From: Yuukianura sp. NJ FZ-2021
Taxonomy: Eukaryota
Assembly: GCA_046563655.1 (NCBI GenBank)
Contig: CM102285.1
Location: 2,914,001 to 2,978,000 of the forward strand
Length of the DNA: 64,000 bases
Direction: 5' to 3'
The position numbers and the translations under genes were made by a program. The notes beneath the pieces are model-generated. The model saw only the letters and a list, made by a program, of their open reading frames with translations. It was not told where the DNA came from and searched no databases. Shown one piece after another: positions 61,731 to 64,000 of this stretch; the first letter of the stretch is position 1, and the number at the start of each line of letters is the position of its first letter.

Positions 61731-62943
61731 TCAACGAAAAGTAAGTAGTATGTCAATTGTTGTGTTCAAAATAACACTACCGAATACTTGTAGACAAAAG
61801 TTTCTACTGCGAATGGTAAACAAGCTACCCATGTGAATTTCAAGTGGGCGACAAGATTTCCTAAAAGTGCGCTCAAATTGGCTGAGGCAGGGATCGGTAG
61901 AAGTGCAGTATTGCGTTGAATTTAGACTAAAATATACGCTGTGCTGAATGATCAACATTGAAAAAGTGATCACTCCTATATCCAAGACAAGTAGCATCAA
62001 AAGTACAGCGATGTTAAACTCAGCCCAAGCCTTGACTATTGTAACCGACAAAGAGATGGTAATAAAAGTGTTTGCGTAGTAAGCAAACTGCATTCCAAAC
62101 CACAAAAATTCCGAGGTAAATATGTGGAATACCTGAACTTTTCGGTAGAATTTTTCAAGTTTTTCGCGCCAAACTGCATCTCCAATCGTCTGCTTCTCTG
62201 CTACAAATAGAAGGCATTGGGCAGTGCAGTAAATTTGTACAAACAAAGGAAGTAGACTGAAGCCTGCCCAGTACGTGTTGAATTCAGCGATAACAACAAG
62301 CACAAATGATGCACCCATGTTTGCAAGAAGGCTGTTTTCCACGAACATTTTAAAAAATGAGGTCCAGAAGTCAACCAAAAAGTTGTTTGAAAATATCGCC
62401 AAAATGATCATAATGGCAACTTCCAGTAGGATTGTTTCGAACAATACATTAAAGGCTTTGAGGAACAAATGGAGCCGTTTATTATTTCGTGCCATAGACT
62501 CCGAAAATAAATCCCCTTGTGATTAAAAAAAAAACACAAAATTTAGTGAACTAAAGTTAACGTTTTCTTAATTTTTTTCTGTTTTACATACGTGCTTCTT
62601 GGTCTACTTCCAAGAATTTGTTGATGTAGTTAATGACAGCTTGTAGATCCGTATCCCACAAATACTCTGTCTGCATTCCGTACGCCACAAGTGTGGCATA
62701 CGCTACGTTCATGATGAAATGGAAAGGTTGGCTTTTTGTGTCATACATCTGACCAAAGAGCATTAGGAGTTGCACAGTATTCAGCAAACGGAATACCATT
62801 TTAAGTCGAGCTGCAATTTTTGAGGTTCGTTGGACCAAAACGTCCATTTTCCATTTGCGTTCTGCGTATGTCAGTTTGTAAGGGCAAATCTTAAAAAACC
62901 TGCCAATACGTAGGTAGTTGTCGTAGTATACATAGTAAGACAT
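61731..62943 (-). CDS. Gustatory-receptor-like 7TM chemoreceptor, paralog 2
   Basis: Exons 62943-62592 and 62515-61731; same phase-1 intron as paralog 1 and aligns to it end to end. Confidence 0.65.
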
Positions 62944-63862
62944 TTTGATTTGAAAGTGCTTTAAAGAAGCAAAAACTAAAATAAAGGTAAAGTTTTTCGA
63001 CGAATTTTTTCAGTAAAACAAAAGTTGGAAATGATTTTTGCTTGATATTCTCCTGCCTTGCAAACGACCAATAACCAGCGGTATACTTGTGGATCATACG
63101 ACTCGGTATCCAACCTTGAAATGGCTATAAGAAATTCATAAGCCAATTTCAGCAGGCTTCTTTTTTCAACCGGAAAAATATATAATGAACTGTAAATAAT
63201 TACTGTACAAAGTTTGGGACGAAATTCTCAACAGTAAAGGATCTAACTCTGTCAAATACTAAATACTTGATGATTGAAGCATGTATTTCCTTGGAAAAGA
63301 AATGTGCTTTGAATATTGTATCAAGATATCCTACTCATTAGTGAACTCCGCATTGGTTCTTCTTTTATGCTATCCTTAGATTAGGCACAATAGCTTGTAT
63401 AAGGTTCTACCACGTTCGCGTTGATGAATTAAAAACTAAGGAAGATAAGGGAAAAGTGAAATTTTGGCCCAAAGTCCAACAAAAAAGTTGCGCTGTTGCT
63501 AAATGCAAATGTTTTTAAAATCAATTACACGTTACTTGACAACGACATGTAATTAGTTTACTTTCGATACAATCAGAAAGTTAAACAAGCAGTTAAGCTA
63601 TTATATGTAAAGTACATCTTATGTTTGTTCGCTTTAAAAAAAAACACTCTAATTTATTGTAAAGATAAACATAAAAAGCAGCCACAAAAATTCTAAAAGT
63701 GCCGGAAATTTTAATACAAGACACTCTGCCTAATAATGCGGTAAACAAAAAAACTGAATTCCATTTCCTAATGAAGATAGAGAAAACACTTAAGCCCCTG
63801 CAAGCAAAAAATAAAGGCTACCGTAGGTCGCTTACGGGACAGGGTAGACGCGTACGGAGCAA

Positions 63863-63926
63863 TGCGCAGTTTGTGCGCAGTTTATGCGCAGTTTGTGCGC
63901 AGTTTGTGCTCAGTTTATGCGCAGTT
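63863..63926. repeat. 11-bp tandem repeat (tgcgcagttt(g/a)), ~6 copies
   Basis: Seen directly; the same gcgcagtt motif is repeated at ~46178-46213. Confidence 0.8.
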
Positions 63927-64000
63927 TAAAATTTATTTTTACTTTGACATTCGACAGGGTAGGTTCGAGCTACCCGTAGGGACTACCATCCCCCAAATTA

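Overview
AT-rich eukaryotic (animal) genomic DNA with short GT-AG introns. The gene content (divergent ionotropic receptor, GR-like 7TM genes, Antp-type homeobox) points to an arthropod, possibly a springtail-like hexapod; this is inference only. The first ~33 kb is gene-poor: an 8-exon ionotropic receptor, a small Cys-rich secreted peptide, a secreted LRR protein, MITE/foldback elements and a 100-N gap. The rest holds three TATA-driven small genes (Gly-rich, Pro/Gln-repeat, EF-hand), a tandem double-homeobox gene, a many-exon ABCB/P-glycoprotein-like gene, an intron-containing AA12/sorbosone-dehydrogenase-like gene of probable microbial origin, NF-YB, and a local duplication carrying two GR-like genes plus a dehydrogenase pseudogene fragment. 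Three observations stand out. (1) The Antp-derived double homeodomain has its changes concentrated in the recognition helix, including a Bicoid-like K50. (2) The full-length ABCB transporter has degenerate catalytic motifs in both ATPase domains. (3) The PQQ-type sugar dehydrogenase looks domesticated, with a signal peptide and a possible membrane anchor. All calls come from reading the sequence by eye; no searches were run.
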